Positions 60,518-64,000 of a stretch of DNA of 64,000 bases are shown in pieces. The DNA is from Candidatus Bathyarchaeota archaeon (lineage in GTDB: Archaea > Thermoproteota > Bathyarchaeia > Bathyarchaeales > Bathycorpusculaceae): the NCBI GenBank assembly GCA_963782525.1, contig CAWAKC010000010.1, positions 169,119 to 233,118 on the forward strand, read 5' to 3'. Under the pieces are notes generated by a model. That model searched no databases. It saw only the letters and a list, made by a program, of their open reading frames with translations, and was not told the origin of the DNA. Numbering within the stretch: position 1 is the stretch's first letter; every line of letters begins with the position of its first letter. The translations under genes were made by a program, and so were the position numbers.

Positions 60518-61489
60518 ATGTTTAAACCTAAACTTTTCGAAGCTGTAATGCAAGAGAGAACTGACGTCGAAGGATCTAGCAGGCATATCTATGAAGGCAT
60601 GAAAACCAAGATGACTTCGCAACCCTTCCTAAGACGCTACACTGAACTGGGCATCAAGCAAGGCTTATTCTCAGACAGTGTTGGCGCATTGGGAAAGATG
60701 CATGATACTCTTGTGGCAGCTGCGCAACCGACACTTATTGGTAGAAACATCATCAAAGTGTTACCTACCACTGAACCAATGGAGCGTTTCCCACTCGAAG
60801 TAAATGCAATTGCGTATCGTTTTGCGGAAGGTGCCAAGACACGTCTTAGCGGAACCAAGAACACAACCGTTGACATCTACACCGACATTGTCGCTGAAGC
60901 TAGTGAAGAATGGACCAAGCAGTTCGCAGAGGATGCAACTTGGAACGTCATGAACGCAATGGTGGAGAAAGTTGGTCGAGCTTTGGGTAAAGATGAAACT
61001 CAGAGAATTCTTGCCGCTTATGCCGCTGTTGCTGCTGGAGACCTTGCTGGCGGCGGAGAAGTTGCTGGAAGCACGGCGGTGTTGAGTTGGGCGTTGCTGT
61101 TGGCTGCACACAATGCAGTTGATAACGCTGACTTCTCATCCAAAGTGTTTGTCTGCAGCGCTCTTGGAAAACACCAATTGCTAAACGACGACAAATTCAT
61201 CAAATCAGTGTACCTGCCAAGTGACTCAGTTGATATGTCTCATGGAGGCATCGGTAACGTTTTGGGGATGTCTGTTCAACCAAGCACCCTGGTACTTAAC
61301 TCAACAGCATACGCAATCGACACTGATGTTGCAGCAGTAATGTTGCTTAGACGCGACGTAACAATTGAGGATTGGTACGATTCCAAGACTGAAAAGTACG
61401 GTGTTCGCGCCAGTACCCGCTTTGGCTTAGGCATTCTGCGTTCAACTGCTATTTCACGCATCACTGGCATTAAGACGTCTTTGACTTAA
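60518..61489 (+). CDS. major capsid protein (HK97 fold)
   Basis: AEG E-loop, TKQFAEDATWNV spine helix, GNVLGMSV and terminal TRFGLGILRSTAI. Confidence 0.85.
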   Translation: MFKPKLFEAVMQERTDVEGSSRHIYEGMKTKMTSQPFLRRYTELGIKQGLFSDSVGALGKMHDTLVAAAQPTLIGRNIIKVLPTTEPMERFPLEVNAIAYRFAEGAKTRLSGTKNTTVDIYTDIVAEASEEWTKQFAEDATWNVMNAMVEKVGRALGKDETQRILAAYAAVAAGDLAGGGEVAGSTAVLSWALLLAAHNAVDNADFSSKVFVCSALGKHQLLNDDKFIKSVYLPSDSVDMSHGGIGNVLGMSVQPSTLVLNSTAYAIDTDVAAVMLLRRDVTIEDWYDSKTEKYGVRASTRFGLGILRSTAISRITGIKTSLT

Positions 61490-61500
61490 GCTGGGATCTG

Positions 61501-61782
61501 GTGTCGGCTCACTCTCTGGTTGACCATATGGGCAAATGCTCCAACTGCGGTCGCGAGTACCACTCAAATCATAGTGATGTAGTGGTTTGCGACTGTTGGA
61601 AGATTTGTCCTTTGTGCGATCATGAGATGGAATCACACACGCCTGATCTTGCGCCAAAGTCATACGGCTTAGATGGCAAACGTGACCTGCAAATCCTGAA
61701 AGTCTGCTATAATTTGGCTGGGCATTCTGGCCATTCCCCCCATTTTAGTATGTTAAAACCTGTTGAGGTTGAATTGCAATGA
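61501..61782 (+). CDS. small Zn-finger protein
   Basis: CSNCG, CDC and CPLC motifs. Confidence 0.7.
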   Translation: MSAHSLVDHMGKCSNCGREYHSNHSDVVVCDCWKICPLCDHEMESHTPDLAPKSYGLDGKRDLQILKVCYNLAGHSGHSPHFSMLKPVEVELQ

Positions 61783-62024
61783 AGAAAAAGTTGAAAGCGC
61801 AGCTAGAGCTCACAAGGGTTTTGTTAGCTGAGCTTAACCATGAGCCTTGCCGTTTCTCAATTTTAGAGAAGCAGGTGTTGGCCAAAGCTGGAACTTACGC
61901 AACAGTTACTAGCCTGCTTTATTTTCTGCGTGATTCAGGATTTATTTCTAAAAGTGCCTATGAGAATCGGGCGCCTTACAATATTTCGGTTAAGGGTCAA
62001 TTGCTGCTGGAGGCTTTATCTTGA
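61779..62024 (+). CDS. small wHTH protein
   Basis: RFSILEK...YATVTSLLYFLRDSGFISK...PYNISVKG; overlaps both neighbours by 4 bp. Confidence 0.72.
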   Translation: MKKKLKAQLELTRVLLAELNHEPCRFSILEKQVLAKAGTYATVTSLLYFLRDSGFISKSAYENRAPYNISVKGQLLLEALS

Positions 62025-63310
62025 ACAAAGCCTTGAGCAAAGTTAAGGAGTTTTTAAGTTATTCGCCTTCAGGTGTAGCTTCTCCTGGCGGCGCCGTGTT
62101 TTATGAAACATCAGATATTCCGCTTGCCAAAGTCATGGAACTCTACGAGAAAGACACCACCTGCAAATCGAGTGTTGATTTGTTGGCAGCTTCAGCGGTT
62201 AAGCGGTTCTATACGACTTGTGCAACTGAGAAGGATTATGTTGATGCCGCTAAGGCTATGGAAGTTGTTGACAGTTTCTGCGAAGAGGTCAATTTGGATG
62301 GTTTGCTGCATGATATGGCTATTCGCCTTATCGCTTGCGGCAACGATTTTTGGCTAAAGCGAGGATCCGAAGGGCTTAATGAGTTTGTACGAATGCCAAT
62401 TGATTCAGTTGATAAAATCAAACTGTCAAGTGTTGAGGGCTTAAAGATTCCTTACAAGGTTGAAGGTTACCAACTGAAGGCTTCTTATCGTGGATCTTTT
62501 GGTGATAGCTTGAAACCTCAAGCAGTCTTGCATTGGAATGTTAATCAGAATTTTAATTCTGGTTTTGGCGTTGGGCTCTTGCAGGTGCTTTTGCATACTT
62601 TGTCGATTGACAGTAGTAAGCGTCCTGCGTATGCGTGGATGAAGGCAAAGATTGAGCGTTTGATGCCCAAGATTTTTGAGAAATATGCTGGTCCTGACGT
62701 GGTTGTTGGGTTGCCTGGCGCTAAGCCTGAGACGATTGAGAAGTTTGAACGTGCTGTAAAGAATCGCCCGGAAGAGGGTGTTTGGTTATTTCATGGCCTC
62801 AAAGATGCCAACGTTAACGCAGTGTCGATTGACCCACGTGCCCAGGGCTTCACCTACTACATCGATCACATGGTCAACCAATTCTATCTAGGCTGCGAAA
62901 CACCTTTACCCAGATTGTTTAGTACGCCTGGCTTCACTGAAGCTTCAGCTCGGGCAGCCTTAGAACTGCAAGATATGCTCATTGATCCAATCCAGCGAAT
63001 GATTAAACGCCGTGTTGAACGTGAGATTTTCAGAGTAGTTGTTATGCAAGCTGGTTTTGACCCAGTTAAAGCTAAGATCCGTTTGAATTGGGGATCCCCT
63101 GAATCTCCAGAGATTATGGCTTCTGACTTGATTTCTGCAGCATCCGCCTCAGCTGGATCTTTGCCGCTTATTCGAGCAGAAGAGTTTCGCAAGAACGCGG
63201 TTAAGATTTTGGGTTGGGAACTTTGGGATGACTCGAACGCCTCCAAGGCGCCTGTTGCAGGTGCAAATAAAGTTAACCCGGTTGGCAACGGAGGTGAGTC
63301 ACAAAAATGA
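62021..63310 (+). CDS. portal protein
   Basis: LYEKD..C...VD.LA, IACGNDFW, VLHW....FGVGLL and PIQR.I...VEREIF; 429 aa. Confidence 0.8.
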   Translation: MNKALSKVKEFLSYSPSGVASPGGAVFYETSDIPLAKVMELYEKDTTCKSSVDLLAASAVKRFYTTCATEKDYVDAAKAMEVVDSFCEEVNLDGLLHDMAIRLIACGNDFWLKRGSEGLNEFVRMPIDSVDKIKLSSVEGLKIPYKVEGYQLKASYRGSFGDSLKPQAVLHWNVNQNFNSGFGVGLLQVLLHTLSIDSSKRPAYAWMKAKIERLMPKIFEKYAGPDVVVGLPGAKPETIEKFERAVKNRPEEGVWLFHGLKDANVNAVSIDPRAQGFTYYIDHMVNQFYLGCETPLPRLFSTPGFTEASARAALELQDMLIDPIQRMIKRRVEREIFRVVVMQAGFDPVKAKIRLNWGSPESPEIMASDLISAASASAGSLPLIRAEEFRKNAVKILGWELWDDSNASKAPVAGANKVNPVGNGGESQK

Positions 63311-63513
63311 AAATTGGAAATACAACAATTGATGCGGCTGATGTTGGAAACGGCTGTTTGATTATCGGAACTGGCGTTGCATTCTACGGAGCAACCACAG
63401 GAAATCCATTGTTTGCAGTTGAAGCGCTCGCGGTTGGCGGAGCACTCAAAGCAGTTGCATCAGCGATCGACAATTACATATTCAAAAAATCCGTAACTGC
63501 AAAAACTGCATAA
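63307..63513 (+). CDS. small 2-TM membrane protein (holin-like size)
   Basis: 68 aa with two hydrophobic segments and a basic tail. Confidence 0.55.
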   Translation: MKIGNTTIDAADVGNGCLIIGTGVAFYGATTGNPLFAVEALAVGGALKAVASAIDNYIFKKSVTAKTA

Positions 63514-63581
63514 CTTCGAACATTTGGCTTGAAAGTGCCTCCTCGTGGGGCATTGCAAGACTCCAAAGGTAGGAACACAAA

Positions 63582-63893
63582 ATGGGCTACTGCACAATCG
63601 ATAACGTGAAAAATGTTCTTCAGCTTGACTTAGCGGAAACTAAGAACGACTCTTTGCTAGCTGACTGCGTCTTAAGTGCAGGAGGGTTAGTTGATGGATT
63701 TTTGAAGCCAAAGCAACTTGTGGTTCCTGAAGTGGTTCCTCAGCTGATAAAAGATGCAACCAAATATTTTTCTGCCTGGATATTTAGGCGTGTTGCAGAT
63801 CCTGTTGGCGCCGAAGCCTTCTGGACAGAGGGCAATCGGTTTATAGCTGCCTACATCGACGCTGAGTTTCAAGAATATGTGGGGATGGCCTAA
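63582..63893 (+). CDS. head-tail adaptor-like protein
   Basis: YCTIDNVK..L, D..L...A...VDGFL and VP.LIK.A pattern; 103 aa. Confidence 0.7.
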   Translation: MGYCTIDNVKNVLQLDLAETKNDSLLADCVLSAGGLVDGFLKPKQLVVPEVVPQLIKDATKYFSAWIFRRVADPVGAEAFWTEGNRFIAAYIDAEFQEYVGMA

Positions 63894-64000
63894 ATGATAG
63901 AGTTCAGCGTCACCTCAAGCGGCACAGAATTTAATGAGTTAGCCCAAAAAATCAGCAGTCCCCTAAAACAAAAACTCGTAGAACGAGTAACAGACATTGC
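63894..64000 (+). CDS. next virion morphogenesis gene (neck/HK97-gp10-like?), truncated by the window
   Basis: ATG immediately after the previous TAA; MIEFSVTSSGTEFNELAQKISSPLKQKLVERVTDI, open to the window end. Confidence 0.45.
   Translation, partial: MIEFSVTSSGTEFNELAQKISSPLKQKLVERVTDI

Larger units (their letters stand above)
46772..64000. mobile_element. integrated head-tail (HK97-fold) archaeal provirus, continuing past the window end
   Basis: att-like site on the left; wHTH genes, nuclease/HEPN cargo, then prohead protease, decoration protein, MCP, portal, adaptor and neck genes. Confidence 0.8.

Noticed and set aside
63523-63567. Imperfect hairpin between the small TM gene and the adaptor gene
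   Set aside because: Several bulges and G-U pairs and no T-tract; not enough to call a terminator or RNA.
1-64000. CRISPR array, rRNA or intact tRNA genes
   Set aside because: No repeat-spacer pattern, rRNA-like tract or complete cloverleaf was found by eye; only tRNA 3'-end fragments.

Overview
Archaeal DNA, most likely Bathyarchaeia (inferred from Alba, aCPSF1/FttA, ABCE1, NosD/CASH surface proteins ending LLVYFKKRKR, a DUF5752-like protein and a Bathyarchaeia-style integrase tail). Most of the window is accessory and partly decaying. 1-19 kb: toxin-antitoxin pairs, a broken STAND-ATPase/TPR gene, a solo Cas4-like nuclease, surface proteins and a bacterial-type ClpB. 19.5-24.7 kb holds the best candidate for a new system, a four-gene RiPP-like cluster: radical SAM/SPASM enzyme, a small precursor with an internal Cys-rich 12-residue repeat (DCPTPLCSSCGN x2 plus DCPTP, diverged only at synonymous sites), a cobalamin-dependent radical SAM enzyme, and a class I methyltransferase whose N-terminus is a core-less copy of the precursor scaffold. 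25-46.6 kb: mixed hypotheticals, a PAS histidine kinase, two cation/H+ antiporters (one with a nonsense codon), aCPSF1 and an internally deleted ABCE1. From a tRNA 3'-end att-like site at 46772-46792 to the window end lies a head-tail (HK97-fold) provirus carrying a candidate defence island (PD-(D/E)xK, HEPN, TPR-nitrilase, Zn-finger-Mrr-like genes) and a head module in permuted order. All family assignments come from reading motifs by eye; no searches were run.
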